NCBI RefSeq assembly: GCF_009914755.1
Contig: NC_060927.1
Strand: one strand, 5' to 3'
Source: the human T2T-CHM13v2.0 reference genome, Homo sapiens
Length of the DNA stretch: 64,000 nt
How positions within the stretch are numbered: position 1 is the stretch's first letter; every line of letters starts with the position of its first letter. Below the pieces are notes generated by a model. That model made no database searches, had not been told where the DNA came from, and saw only the letters and a list, made by a program, of their open reading frames with translations. This document shows positions 41,631-57,575 of the stretch, one piece after another. Both the position numbers and the translations under genes were made by a program.

Positions 41631-42968
41631 TTAACGACTGTATTCTAGAGTTCCTGACATAAGAAGTGCCCAGTGAATATTTATGGAATGAACAAATGAA
41701 AGAGCTTTATGTTGTCCTAATTTGCAAATTGAGTCTACTGTACAGAGTTGTGAGGATTTGAAGAGTAACATATAAGAAGGACTTTTACAGTGTCTAGCCC
41801 CTGGTAAAACCTCATAACGGTTGTTACTTTTTATATTCTGGGGTTGTTTCTGGATCTTGATGATGCTGGTATAGGCCTGGGAAGTGTTTAAGGTCTGATA
41901 GTGTGTTTATGAAACTCAGACTTTTTTGAAAGCTTTCGCTGGTAAAGCTACAATTTCTCAGTCAGCCTCTGTATCTCCGGATGGCCACTCCCTAAAATTA
42001 TGGGGCCTTTGGGAAATCTTGGTGAACCACTGATAGGATGTCTCTGGTCCTCGTTTTTCAGTACAAAATATTTTCACTATTTGCAATTTTTTAGAGTGAT
42101 TCCTCTTTCAAAATGATCTTAGGGCTCTATATTTGAAATGTGCTTACTTCTTTTCTCTTACATTCTGTTTAGTAACCCCACCTTTTCTTGAAGAAAATCT
42201 TCACACTGTTTCCAGTTCCACTTCCTTTTGCTGTGGAGTGGAAATTCTGATCCCTTTCCTGGTGGGAACTTGATGAGACTGGCCTAGTTGTAAAAGAGTG
42301 GCTGGCCCAGGTGAAGTTTTCATATCCTTTAACTCTCCAGTCTTCTGAAAAACCCAGGTTGCTGAAAGAACTTCTGAAATGTAAAACGTGAAAAGTGTTT
42401 CACAATAGCTTCCATCCCTGGATTGTGTAAAATGCTTTTAAGAAGTAGAACATTTCTGTGGCCCTTTTAGGTCAAGATAGAAGTTGTGTCTTCAGTTCCT
42501 ATGTTTTGTCTATCTAATGTCACACATCTGGGTATTTGGAAATAACTAGGTGACTGGCCACTTGAGTGTGCTGGCATTTTGTAGAGTTTTAGGATCATCT
42601 TTTAGAACAATAAAGGGTAATTTTTTTTTAGATTTTAAAATGATTTATACCAGAATTGGTTAAAAATATATGACTTTGTCATTTTCAATAGGAAAAATAA
42701 TCTGTTTTTTTCCTCTGGGAAGAAGAAAGTGCCACGACTTAATTAACAAAGTTGAAAAACTGTAAAAGAAATTTCTTTCATGGAATAACCTTAATCTTCA
42801 TAGGCTACTAGTTCTAATAGTTTAAAATACCAGTTGTAATTTTGCATCTTTAGATATAAATTTGATTCCTTCTTGGAACCTGACCTACTTGTCTGATGGT
42901 CAGATGAAATCCAAAGATGAGACTGGGTTAGGGCAGGGGTTGTTAAGAGCTATTGTACATGGGGGTCA

Positions 42969-43296
<328 letters not shown>

Positions 43297-43819
43297 TCAG
43301 ATCCCACTTGCCACCAAGATTCTGACTTAGTTGCCTGGGATATGAGATGAGGCCCAAAGTCTTCATGCATGTGCACCCCAGAAATGTACTACATCAGTGT
43401 TGCTTAAACTAATATTTACAGAGCAGTGTTCTAAGTGATTTACATTTATTAACTTATTTAATCCTTCCATCACCATAGGAGGCAGGTATCATTATTATCT
43501 TCATTTCATAGGAGATGAAGTTACATAGGAATTGTGCAGCTCACTGTCATGAGGACACACAGACTCAGCTGGTTAGAGCAGAACTGGAGTTCAAATTCCA
43601 ACGGTCTGGTGCCAGAAGCTGAGCTTTCAGCCACTTGGCTACCCTCTCCCTCATGGATTATCATTCTTTTCTTACTTTGAATGTGGATGATAAATTTTTT
43701 TTTTCAGTTTTTGCATGAATGAAAATTTGCATCTATATGTGCAACTACTTCAGCCATACTGAATAGAATGGTCAGGCGATTACGTCAACAGGACCAGGTA
43801 TACAGACATAAGACCACTT

Positions 43820-44545
43820 AAAAAGAAATGGGCACACCCATTAGCATGGGTGTTATCCAAAAAATGGAAAATAACAGTGTTGGTGGGATATAGATAAATT
43901 GGAACCCTGGTGCATTGCTTGTGGGAATGTAAAATGGTGCAGCTGCTATGAAAACAATTTGGCAATTCCTCAAAAAGTTAAACATAGATTTACCACATGA
44001 GCCAGTGATTCCACTCCTAGGTATATACTCAAAAGAACTGAAAGCAGGAACTCCAATGGATTCTTGTACTGCCATATTCATAGCAGCATTATTCACAATA
44101 GCAAAAAGGTGGACATAACCCAAATGCCCACCGACTGATGAGTAGATAAACAAAATATAGTTTCCATACAGTGGAATACTATTCAGCCACAAGAATAAAT
44201 GGAATTCAGACGCACACTATGACATGGATGAATCTTGAAAATATATGCCAAGTGAAATAAGCCAGACACAGAAAGACAAATATTGTATGATTCCATGTAT
44301 CTGAAGGGCCCAGAATAGGCAAATTCATAGAGACAGAAAGCCAGGTGCTAACAGGAGGAGGGAGTGGGGAAGAAGGGAATTGTTTAATGGGTACAGAGTT
44401 TCTGGATGGGATGATAAAAAATTCTAGAAATAGGTAACGGTGATGGTTGTACAACATTCTGAATGTACTTAATGCCATAGACTATATATTTAAAAATGGT
44501 TAAAATGATAAATTTTATGTTATTTATATTTTGCCACCAGTGAAA
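43820..44545 (+). mobile_element. L1MB 3' end (ORF2 C-terminus plus 3' UTR)
   Basis: GGAACCCTGGTGCATTGCTTGTGGGAATGTAAAATGG...CAAATTCATAGAGACAGAAAG...AAATGGTTAAAATG. Confidence 0.9.
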
Positions 44546-46029
44546 AAGACAAAGAAAAAGAGAAGTAAGTGGCAAAGAGAGACCACCAGCCAAGTGAGAA
44601 GAGACAGTGAAGCAGTGACTTTGCATCCAATTCAGATTCTTATCTCAGCTCTTGGCATTTTATCCAGACAATTGTCTTCATGAGTACCCATTTCAGTGTG
44701 TGCATAGACACAACTGGGATAATTTAAGAGAGACATCACTAAAATCCATCAAATGTTCACCTTCCAGTAGAGAATCAATGTGTTATTAATGTTAAAAAAT
44801 GTTAAAAATATTTTAAAATATTAAAATATTCTAACAAGTCCTGAGCAATACACTAAGATGAAGAAAGTCCTTCTGATTCTGGTTACGGGGGTGACCCCCG
44901 TGTTGCTCTGACTGCAGTGGGTGTTGCAATAGCTCATTCATAAATACAGGCACCCCAGTTATTGGCTCATCACAGGCACGTGTTATTGGAAACAGAATAT
45001 GCAACTTTGACCTCCAAATAATGAGTTGTTGCCAACTCAACTGAAAGCAACTTGTAGACTCTATCCAGCTAAGGGCTGTGGTTTGAGCAAAGACAAATAA
45101 TACATAAAGCAGAGTTTGTTGTTCAGCTCTGCTGAGGATGAGTACAGGTCACAAGAGCTCAGTTCAACATGTGCAATCAGATATAGACAGCAAAGAATTC
45201 ATATGGACCAGGCAACAGAATGTTCCTGTGCATGGGAGATCAAATTCATTGTGAGCCATGATGTTTAGAAGACAGACTTCATGACTCAGGGATGAAGGAG
45301 TGGCCTCTGACTGATAAAGGAAATGATTGTGTTGAGAAAGATTAAATATACATCCTGGTAGGGCTAATGCTAGGGATAATAAAGCTTATGATGAATTCTG
45401 ATGAACACTTGGTAGTTAAATAAACCCACAGTGTCTCTCTCAACTCATATAGGGCTCTTGGAGAGTCTTTTTAAACAATTCAATGGAAGGAGCGATGTGC
45501 TAATCTTTATGACTTCTTAGTGCTAATGTCAACACCTAGACAGCTAGTAATTGCCAGTCAACAGTATTGATGAGAACAGCTAATGGGAATAATTTAGGAA
45601 ACTCTTTTCCCTAGAAAAACAGTCTATGTAGGTAGGTGTGAATTACTTCATTTGGTTGACCAAATGGACAACCTGAAAACTGTTATTTGCTTTTGTTCTG
45701 TGGTTGTGCCTATCGTCTCTCTGTTCAGGGATATAGGGAGAGTGGAATAATATTAATTTCTCAAATCTCTCAAACCAGTTAATATCTCTAGAACCACTGC
45801 CCTAGCTCTAGCCACTCAACTTTTGCTGGTGCTACTGGAGCAGCCTCCTAGCTGGTCTCCTTTACCTAGGCTTGCGACCCTCAACCCAGTCTCCAGTCCT
45901 CTGTCTGAATGAGCTCTTTAAAATGTAGATTGCATAATTTCACTTCCCTACTTAAAACCCTCAAATGGCATCCCATTCATTATTCTTGTAAAACTTTGTA
46001 TATTTTTTTTGCTTATCCACCCACACTTT

Positions 46030-47085
46030 TCTCTTTTTAAATCTTTTTCAATTGATATGTCATATTTGTACATTTTTTATGGGGTACATGTGGTATTTTG
46101 TTACATGTACAGAATGTGTAATGATCAAGTCAGGATATCTGGGGTATCCATTACCCCAAGTATTTATCCTTTCTATGTTTTGGGAACATTTCAAGCCTAC
46201 TCTTCTAGCTATTTTGAAATACACAATACATTGTTGTTAACTACAGTCACCCTACTCTGCTATCAAACATTGAAACTTACTCCTTCTATCTAACTGTATG
46301 TTTGTACCCATTAACCAAACTCTCTTCATTTACCTCCCCCAACCCACACACCCTTCCCAGCCTCTTATATCTATCATTCTACTCTCAACTCTTGGACTCA
46401 AGCAATCCACCCATCTCGGCCTCCCAAAGTGTTGAGATTACGGGCGTGAGCCACCACGCCTGGCTCATTCTGCTCTCTTTCTCTGTAAGATCAACTTTTT
46501 TAGCTCACACATATGAGAACATGCCATATTTGTCTTTCTGTGCCCGGCTGATTTTGCTTAACATCATGACCTCCAGTTCCATCCATCTTGCTACAAAAGA
46601 CAAAATTTCCTTCTTTTTAATTGTTGGGTAGTATTTCATTGTGTGCACATACCACATTTTCTTTATCCATTCGTCCATTGAGGGACACTTAGGTTGATTC
46701 CATATCTTTGCTATTGTGAATAGTGCTGCAATAAACATAGGGGTGCAGGTGTCCCTTTGATACACTGACTTCTTTCCTTTGGATAAATACCCAACAGTGG
46801 GACTGCTGGAAGTTCTATTTTTAGTTTTTTGAGAAATCTCCATATTTTCCCATAATGGCTGTACTAATTTACATTCCCACCAGCAGTGTATAAGAGTTCC
46901 TGTTTCTCTGTATCTTTGCCAGCATATATTGTTTTTTGTTTTTTTAATAATAGCCTTTCTAACTGGGGTAAGATGATATCTCATTGTGGTTTTGATTTGT
47001 ATTTCCCTGATGATTAATGATATTGAGCATTTTTTTCATATACCTGTTGGCCATTTGTATGTCTTCTTTTGAGAAATGTCTCTTC
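46030..47085 (-). mobile_element. L1MA 3' end (ORF2 C-terminus plus 3' UTR)
   Basis: ORF 46505-46984 [15 protein letters not shown]...[13 protein letters not shown] is the L1 ORF2 C-terminus. Confidence 0.93.
46387..46464 (-). mobile_element. Alu 5' fragment (78 bp) within L1MA
   Basis: CTCGGCCTCCCAAAGTG...GCCACCACGCCTGGC flanked by TCATTCT(A/G)CTCTC. Confidence 0.88.
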
Positions 47086-47630
47086 ATTGTTCTTGCAAAG
47101 CTTTAATAAATGTTTATGCAGGCCAGCTGGCTAGGCCTTGCTAGATTTAGTCCCTTCCTGGCATTCCAGTACCTGCTCATGCCTCTGGCCCTGTGCCTTA
47201 CCCCCCATTCTGCTTGCAATGGGCACACCAACCTTCTTTCAATTCTGTGAACTAACCTAACGCTTTCCAGCTGCACAGCCTTTGCCAGTGCTAGTCCCTC
47301 TGCCTGGAATATCCTTGCCATTAGTTGTGATGTGGCTATGTCTTACTTCAGACCCCAATTGCTATGTCACTTCCTCAGAGAGGCCTTTCTGGGACACCAC
47401 ATCAAAATTAGAAACTCTGCGTGCTCTCTTTCTTTCAGATCCCTTTCTTCCATAGCACTTATTATAGTTGGTAACTATATTTGTATCTGAGTGATTATAT
47501 ATTTAACGCCAGCCTTCTACTGCACTATAAGCATAAAAAGTATAATGCATATCTTATTTATTAATGCATCTTCAGGATCTAGCAAGTAAACTGGTACACT
47601 AAAAGTTGCTCAATAAATACTTGCTGAAAG
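47085..47630. mobile_element. L2 LINE 3' portion
   Basis: CCCTCTGCCTGGAAT...CACTTCCTCAGAGAGGCCTTT...GCTCAATAAATACTTG. Confidence 0.7.
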
Positions 47631-49187
47631 AAACATATTTAACCATAAGATGCTCACTGTGGTCAGAAATAAGATGTAGGTGGAGACGTCTTCTAAACAA
47701 ACCACCAGCATTCTTTAGGACTCTGAGTTAGTTTTATTACTGTCTGGGTACCTTGTTAAATTCTGAAATCAAGATGATGGGGAAAAATTTGACTGATCAT
47801 TTAACCTTCATTTATATTTAACATGACTTTCCCAAACAGATGGGGGGCTATGCCAGCCTTGTAAGTGGATGTACAAAATATGTATGGTCAAAATGCACAC
47901 AAAGCAATTCCATCAATTCCCTTCTTTTCTGTGATTATTCCTCAACTTATTGTGACCAAGAATCAGTCCAGTATTTGGCAACAAGAGGGGTGAAAATGAA
48001 CCGAAGACATGAGCAACAATTGACATGGAATCCCTAAGGTGCTCCCAGCAGACCCACATTCTCAAGAAAGCCAATGCAAGAGGTGGGGCAAAGAGGGGCA
48101 GAGGATAAGAAATTTATTTTCTGACCCCTACTTAATGGTTTTAGGTCCACTTTGACCAGGGAAGAAAGAACTGTTTTTAAAAATGACTCACTTTATTCTT
48201 AAATGTCTCTAAGAGAAAGAGGTGCTACAATCTCCACAGGGAGGAGGTAAAAATTAAATCAGATAATCCTGGGAAATGATTTTGCAAAGTGGCTGTCCTA
48301 TAGCCAGTGCTCAATCACACTGAGTGTTCAGCAATGCTGGGAGAGCCTCTTTCAAATCTTTAGTCTTGGAATCAATACTGATCATCTTAGAACTCTAACT
48401 CTTATGGCCAAAAGGTTTTTGATAACTCAAACTTAGATTTTCTTCCCTGTCGCTTCACAGTGTTTTGTAGCCTTTAATATTTCCTCTACCTTTCTTAAAA
48501 TGTGAAATTTGAAAGTAATAAGTATTTCATGTTGATGATGTCTTAGAGAGTTGGGGTGAATTGTTGGGTCCTAGCAATTAGCCAAATAGCCAAGCCTAGA
48601 TTTTTTCCTTTCCTTTCTTTCCCGGCCCTCATTATTTGGGTAATTGCATCAATTCTACAATTGGTTTTACATGTATTGCCAGAGTCTAAGCTGTGCAAAA
48701 AGGGATGTCCTTTAATGATTTCCTTTGAATGGCTTTCCATCTAGGGAGGAAGAGGGCCCCTCTTGTTCAAAAACAAAGGAATCATCCATCCCACCAAGAC
48801 CTTTCTTCTCTATTAAGTATCTCTTGAATTTCAAAGGCGGACTTGGAATTTCTCAGTCCCAATCTTAACGGCAGTTCCAGACTGCAGTTTATTTTCTTTG
48901 TCCCTTTAAGACCAGAAAACATTACAGCAATGCAATAACTGTTCTTATTTTTCTTGGGTTCAAAACAAGACCAGATTCCAATCTGCTAAAGCTTACCATT
49001 TCACAGTAACCAAGCAGTTCATGATTATCAGCTCAAGCATACATTTTCCTTCCAAACAAGGATATGGCTACTAGCGGCAACAGCTGTATTTTGCTAGTCA
49101 ATCCTTATGTTAAAGATTTACAGTTTTAAATTCTGTCACTTGGTTTGCCAACTGTTCTTCTTCCTGGAGCTGCCCAGTTGTTTCTGA

Positions 49188-49610
<423 letters not shown>

Positions 49611-50362
49611 TCTCCTTCTTTTAAACATATGCAGACTCACCGCAGAAACTGGAAACAGATTAAAAGAAATGCTGGCTTTTAAGGCGAGTTTGAAAAACGT
49701 AAAGCTGGGAGCCGGCTTCCCGCTCTCCCTGGTTCCCTTTTTGTGTTCTCTTCTGTGATTCATCTGCTCTAATCCATCACCGATTCATCATGCTCATCCA
49801 TCAGACCCTTCAAAGCAAACCCTACAGCTGCTTTTGCCATTTATCAGTGGGAAATAAAAGGGAAAGGGGGAAAAGTAAGGAAAATATCACGACCTTTCTG
49901 GGCCTGGGATAATGGGTGTGAAAAAAGGGTGGAGGGAAAGCTTATCTAATGAAACCCAGAGCCTTTCTGGGATGTGAGTTCTTGAACAAAGGATTATGAC
50001 TGAGAGCAAGACCAGCAGCCAGTCTGCAGTAAAGTTTCAGGGATAAAGTCTGCCAGAAACAAAAGGTTTAGTGGGAAACTAGAGGAATGTGGACAAAATG
50101 ATATCCACTCCAGAGGAGTTTAAAACCTACCAATATTCATAGAAATTTGTTGTCTGTGACCAGTCTCTCAGCTTTCAGCTGTGTAATAGAGCATGGGCAT
50201 TCAGGTTGAGAGGCAAACATTTGACTTCAGTGCCCTTCCTTGCAAACTGGGAAATGACTGATATTGTAATTCACCGTTCTCATTTTCATAAGATGCCTTG
50301 CAAGTCCTCTGCCATTTAAACACAACTGATGTGCCTTAATTTTGAATTTGTCATGCACCAGA

Positions 50363-50564
<202 letters not shown>

Positions 50565-50569
50565 TAAGG

Positions 50570-51350
50570 ACTGACTCAGTGATTCCACTTCTAGTAATTC
50601 AGCCTATATACGTGTAATCCATGTAGGAGGTTACTCTCTTTGTCATCATAGAAGGTAGAAACAGCCCAAAGTTTCATCATCAATGTCATGTAGCTTTTAG
50701 AAAGAATGAGGAAGGTAAACAAACTGTGGACACTATGGAATTCTATGACTCACCAATAAAAGGGAATAACTACAAATGCATGCAATGAGGTGGATGGACC
50801 TCAAAAGCAAGAGAGAACTTACTGTATGATTTCATTTACAGGACATTCTAGAGTGGGCAAAGCTATTTTATGGTAGAAAAAGAACAAGAGCTGCCTCTGA
50901 GGGTACAAAGGTGGGGACTGATGGGTAAAGGGCATGAAGGACGTTTCTGGGGGTGATGTTGATACCTTGTATCTTGATAGGGGTTTGGGTTACACAAAAG
51001 TATTTATTATCCAAACTCAGTGAATTTTGCACCTAAGATTTATATGTTTATCAAAGCTTAGAGAATATTTACTTAAAATTTGTGCATTTTATTATAGGTA
51101 TTTTTTTTAAGTAAAAAGTTATAAACCAGTAATGAAATTCTGACTAAGAATATGCTTGCTCGAGTATTTGGATAAAAGTCTATTTATGTTTTCTATTTAC
51201 TTTGAAATGCATCCCAAATAATATGGATTGCTGGATGGATAGAAAGATGACTGATGGGTGAATATTTGATAAAGCAAGCACAGTAAAGTGTTAATGGTAA
51301 AACCTAACTGGTGGGTATTCACAGGCATTCCTGGTAAAACTACTTAAATT
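50570..51350 (+). mobile_element. Old L1ME/MD 3' fragments
   Basis: GATTCCACTTCTAG...ACTGTATGATTTCATTTA...TATCTTGATAGGGGTTTGGGTTACAC. Confidence 0.65.
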
Positions 51351-51398
51351 TCACTCTATTTTGAATTTGTGTGTGTGTGTGTTTGTTTTTTGGGTTGG

Positions 51399-51711
<313 letters not shown>

Positions 51712-51823
51712 AATTTTGAATATTTTAATAAAGTTTTGGGAAACAAAAAAAAAGAATGAGGAAGCTTTTTATATCCTCATATAGACTTTTTTCCAGTTTT
51801 ATTGTTAGGTGAAAAAAGTTGCA

Positions 51824-52115
51824 GGCCACGCACGGTGGCTCACGCCTGTAATCCCAGCACTTTGGGAGGCCAAGGCGGGTGGATCACAAGGTCAGGAGTT
51901 CAAGACCAGTCTGGCCAACATGGTGAAAACCCATTTCTATTAAAAATACAAAAATTAGCTGGGTGTGGTGGCATGTGCCTGTAATCTCAGCTACTCAGGA
52001 GGATGAGGCAGGAGAATCACTTGAACCCAGAAGGTGGAGGTTTCAGTGAGCTGAGACTGTGCCACTGCATTCCAGCCTGGGCAACAGAGTGAGACTCTGT
52101 CTCAAAAGAAAAAAA
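51824..52115 (+). mobile_element. AluS
   Basis: Full dimer. Confidence 0.94.
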
Positions 52116-52122
52116 GTTGATC

Positions 52123-52437
<315 letters not shown>

Positions 52438-53532
52438 TCACAGTATGCTGCCAATTGCAGAAAGAAAGAAGGAACTCATATGCGTATCTGAGTCTATGTG
52501 CCGATATCATCTCTTGAGGGAGACCCTAGAAATGGATTACCGTAGAGGAAATAACACTAGAAATGGTTACTTTAGAGGAGGGAAAATGGGTGCCTGGAGG
52601 GGAGGTGGGAAGGAGAGAGCATATTTTAAATCATTATGATGATTTAAAAGGTAAATTATTGTATACTTTTGGATTTTGTATAGGTGAAAGGATTACCAAT
52701 TCAAATAAAAAAAATCAAAAGCAATAGTATATGCTAGAGTCATCTCAAATGTCTACAATGGGCTCCCTTTGCATGGCTGACATTTGGAATTTATTCTCCT
52801 AGCATCCATTCAATTCATCTGATGTTCCCTAATCTCTTATGTGCCAGGCATGGTGCCAGACTTTGTGGATAGGGTAGGGAATTGGGGGCAGCTGTGTCCT
52901 TGCCCTCACTGAGCTTACTGATCTAATGAAAGGATGGGTACACATTTGGAATGGATGAAAGTTCTGATCTAACCTAGTCTGGGGTGTGGGTGGGGTCAGG
53001 AGGCATTTTTATACAAGGAAAAACTGAGCTAATAAAGAAAGGATCCCCAAACTAGGGTGGGGAGAACAGCATGTACAAAGCTTCTGCTGGGGATGGAGCA
53101 GGGTGGTTTAAGTCCCTGAAAGAAGGCCAGGGTGGCGGATCACGAAGAACACAGAGGACGGACAGAGGAGATGAGGAGATACCAGAGACCACATTCAGGA
53201 TATTGATCTTTATCCTGTTGTTTAATATCATAATGTACTTTCTGAACATCCTTTGTATGTCAAGAAACATTTTTCTCTCTGTAGTGGGGTTTTTGCCCCC
53301 ACAGGTTCTAAGAGAAAATGGGAGCAGAGCTTGTTACATCCCTTCTTAGGAGAAATGAAGCACCTCACTAAATCTCCTGACATATCAGGCACTCATATCT
53401 TCTTTTCAAGGATCAGAGCCTGCATTTCTTGCCTGAGGGCTTTCTTTGGCTGCTGGGGTCTTCTCTGCCCCGTGAAGCAGGCAAATGGTATCCTAGAGAG
53501 TTAATGCCCCCCGAGAACAGCCCTTAACCAAT

Positions 53533-54104
53533 TGATAGAGGAGGTAGAAAGAAATTATTTAGGCAGATAGTGAGGGCAAAAGAGCCCTTGGCAGAATTTC
53601 TTTTCTAACAAAAAGCAGCCCCCAAAGTCATTCCTTTTCTAATAAAGAGCAGCATGAAAAATCTAGCTGCAAACATAGATAAAGCTGGAAGCTTGCACGG
53701 GGAAATGCTAGTAGCTCCACCAACAGAAAAGGGCTACCTGGGGGCCAGGCATGTCCAACATGGAGACTCCATCTTCCCTTTTTTTTTTGTTGTTACCACG
53801 TGTACAGTAATAAAGAAATGGGCAACATGGCTCAACTCAGGCAGAGAACCCACCTGCATAATAAAAGATTAGGGTGGAAGCTACCAGAGATTCTCTCCCT
53901 ATAGAAATGGCACACCTGTTCTAACCAGTCTTTCATGGTGTATGTAAATCAGATACCACCTCCTCACCAGCTCATCTATAAAACCCCCTGCTCGTAAACT
54001 CACTCTTTGTGTGTCTGCGTCCTTGTTCTCCATGGGACAACAAACCTCATGTTGCCGTGAGACGACAAACCTCAGCTGTTACTCCAGACAACAAGGCCAT
54101 TTCA
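53533..54104 (+). mobile_element. ERV1 solo LTR, MER50-like
   Basis: TG...CA termini; TAGAAAGAAATTATTTAGGCAGATAGTGAGGG; CTATAAAA box; exact 4-bp TSD CAAT (53529-53532, 54105-54108). Confidence 0.85.
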
Positions 54105-55357
54105 CAATGACTGATGGGAGTTGGCCTATTCATACCCCAGCTCATCTACATTGGGCTTCCACAGGCCTTTTTGTGTTTTTTTCAGTGGCAACTGGGGAGA
54201 GAGTTGGCTTTGATGAGTTCAGTTGCAGAGTTTGGACTTGGTTAAGATCCTAGGTGTTTTGACCTTTCTGAACCCAGCTAGTATTTTTTTGATCTTTAAT
54301 CTCACTAAATATAATTGCAGAATATACACTCATTTAAGAATTATATTGGCTTCCATTTTCTATAAAAATGTCTAACTCATATGCTAGCGTATGGTCACTT
54401 TACACTCTTTTATGGGATTCCTAGATGGGCCAGTATCAATATTCTCCTTGAAATTATCAAGAACCAAATAAACAGATGCCAGATAGTCTGATTGGAACGA
54501 AAATCTTACTTCATTTGACAATTTTTTTCTGAAGGACTGTTACCTTTAAACCTTTAAACTAGTCCACATACGTGGTACAGCTAATTCTCTACATCCCATC
54601 TTTCACATTTTTCACTTGTTACTTTTGAAAAATTAGTGGAATTTTTCACGGAGATCAGATGTGAAGAAATCTATGGCAGGGTGAAATTTTCTAGTCTAGA
54701 GGCTGCCTTTCTATGAAGGTCTCATTTCCCTTCCTTTTTAAAAAAATTAGGCTGTTTTAGGGCGGGTCTCTGTGGGTGACTCAAATTAAAACCTTTTTAG
54801 TTTGGGAAGCTGAAGCACCAAGATATTTTCACGCTGGGATTACTTGTCCAGATGGTTTGAGCACAATTTTCTTGGCATGCTCGTAAGAACACAGGAATTT
54901 TCAGGGGAAACCAGAGAACATAGTAGTGGGGAGGGTAGGTGGGGGAGGGCAAGTCAGGGCTGAGAAGGCAGAAATAAGGTTTGGATTCCACCAAATGGCA
55001 CTGACCAGCTGAATTGGAATCAGTCCTAGTTATAGTTGGCACGGGTACCCCTCTCTCCGCTCCAAGATCACGGACTTTCCCTCTTCATAATGGGAATTAC
55101 CTGGCTTTCCTAACAGAGAACGGAGGGGGGAAGAACTATAGGGAAATTCATGGAGCTGATGAAGATAACGATTGAGGTGCAGCCCCCAAACCTCACCATC
55201 AGGAAAGCATTGGTCAACTCCTGTATGCATGCATGGGACACCGAGCAAGGTGGGGAAGGAGGGGTGTGAAGGGCAGTGTTAGGCCTGGAAACACAGCATG
55301 GGCAGGCAACTCTCTTTGATAGCGTCAGCAACCACTGCTTAAAAACACAGAAATTAA

Positions 55358-55935
55358 AAATGGCAGGCAGAATTCTGAGATGGCTCCCAAGATTTCCAGG
55401 ACCTGATGCACACATACTTTCCGTGTATGTGAATCATGTACAGTCCAACGTGATTCCAGGTACTGCTGTGAAAGATGTACGCAGATGTCATTAAGGCCCC
55501 AGATTAGTTGATTTTAGGATAGGGTGATTATCCAGGTGGGCCTGAACTCATCACATGAGACCTTTCAAAGGAGAAGGTGGCAGAGGTGGAACTCAGAGAG
55601 CTGGGTCTCTGTTGACCTGGGAGAAAGCAGACACCCAGGTTTGTGAAAGCCTGTGGAGGATGTGGTGATGGACTGGGGTAGCCTATAGGAGCTGACAGTG
55701 GTACCTGGCTGACAGTTGGCAGAAAAATGACCTGCATACTTAGAAGAGCACCCAAAGCCCCAAATGAGAACCACAGCCCTGGTTAATATCTTGATTTCAA
55801 CCCAGTGAAGCTCTGAACAGAGACTCCAGCTAAGTCCCATGAACAGGCCTCTCACCTACAGAGCTGGAAAGATAATATATTTGTGTTGTTCCAACCTGCT
55901 AAATTTGTGGTAATTTGTTCCACAGCAAAAGAATG
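55358..55935 (+). mobile_element. MLT1E-type MaLR LTR
   Basis: GGCAGGCAGAATTCTGAGATGGCTCCCAAG...GCTAAATTTGTGGTAATTTGTT. Confidence 0.8.
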
Positions 55936-56003
55936 ATGAAATGTTATGACAATGGATAGGTGAATAGTGAGAGAGGCAGTGCAGCATGGAATCAAGAAAA
56001 TGA

Positions 56004-56316
<313 letters not shown>

Positions 56317-56917
56317 GAAAATGAGCTCTTTCTTTAAACTTCTCTGATGAAAATCCTGGCTCTGCCACTTCATAGCTGTGTGATTTTTAAACAGGTGATC
56401 TAACCTTGCTATATGTATTTCCTCATGTGTAAAAAAAGATTTAAATAGTAAGATTAAAAGAACATTATGAAGATCAAATGAAATAATATGTATCAAGCCC
56501 TAAGTCATGTGTAAAAGCCACGATGTATGTTAACTTAATGAGTGCTCAAAAAATAAGAGTTATCATCAGCAGCCATAATCTGTGGATCATATAGCACGTG
56601 TCTGGTGCTGCACAAGGGGCCTTAAAGAAATTAATCTTCAAAGAAACCCTGTGAGATTGGATTCCCCATTTTACAGATGGGGAAACTGCAACTCAGAGAG
56701 GTTCAATAACATGCCCAATATTATGCAACTAGTCAGTAGAGGAGCCAGGACGAAAACTACAGGGCTCTTTGATCCTAAACCCCATCCTGTGAACTGCTAT
56801 TTTAAGTCCTATGCACAGTGAAGAGGTTGTAACTCTCCAGGTTGTTGTCCTGAGGAGACCCAGGGCACCAAGATTGGGATTCCCAAACTGCCAGGTCTCT
56901 CAAAATGGAGCCCAAAT

Positions 56918-57266
<349 letters not shown>

Positions 57267-57374
57267 TCACCCCTCAGATCTCCTGACCTCATAGATTAGA
57301 CCAAGTCCACTTCAGTGCACTCTCCTAAAGTCCTTCTTTGTAGCAGTTCTTGCATTTTATCATTATGTGCTAGA

Positions 57375-57575
57375 CCAGTGGTTCTCATCTGTGGGCAATT
57401 TTTCCCATGTTTGTCATTGTCTGGAGGCACATTTGGTTGTCACAATGGAAGCAGGTGCTCTTGGCCTATAGCGAGTGGAGGTCAGGGATGCTACTGAACA
57501 TCCTACAGTGCAGTGCCCAGAAACAAAGGATAATCCAGCCCTCCATGTTAACAGTGCTGAGTCTGAGCAACTCTG
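57375..57575. mobile_element. MER20 MITE
   Basis: CAGTGGTTCTCA...GTCTGGAGGCACATTTGGTTGTCAC...GGGATGCTACTGAACATCCTACA. Confidence 0.8.

Noticed and set aside
52624-52649. 11-bp AT-rich inverted repeat
   Set aside because: Within a decayed L1 and plausible by chance in AT-rich sequence
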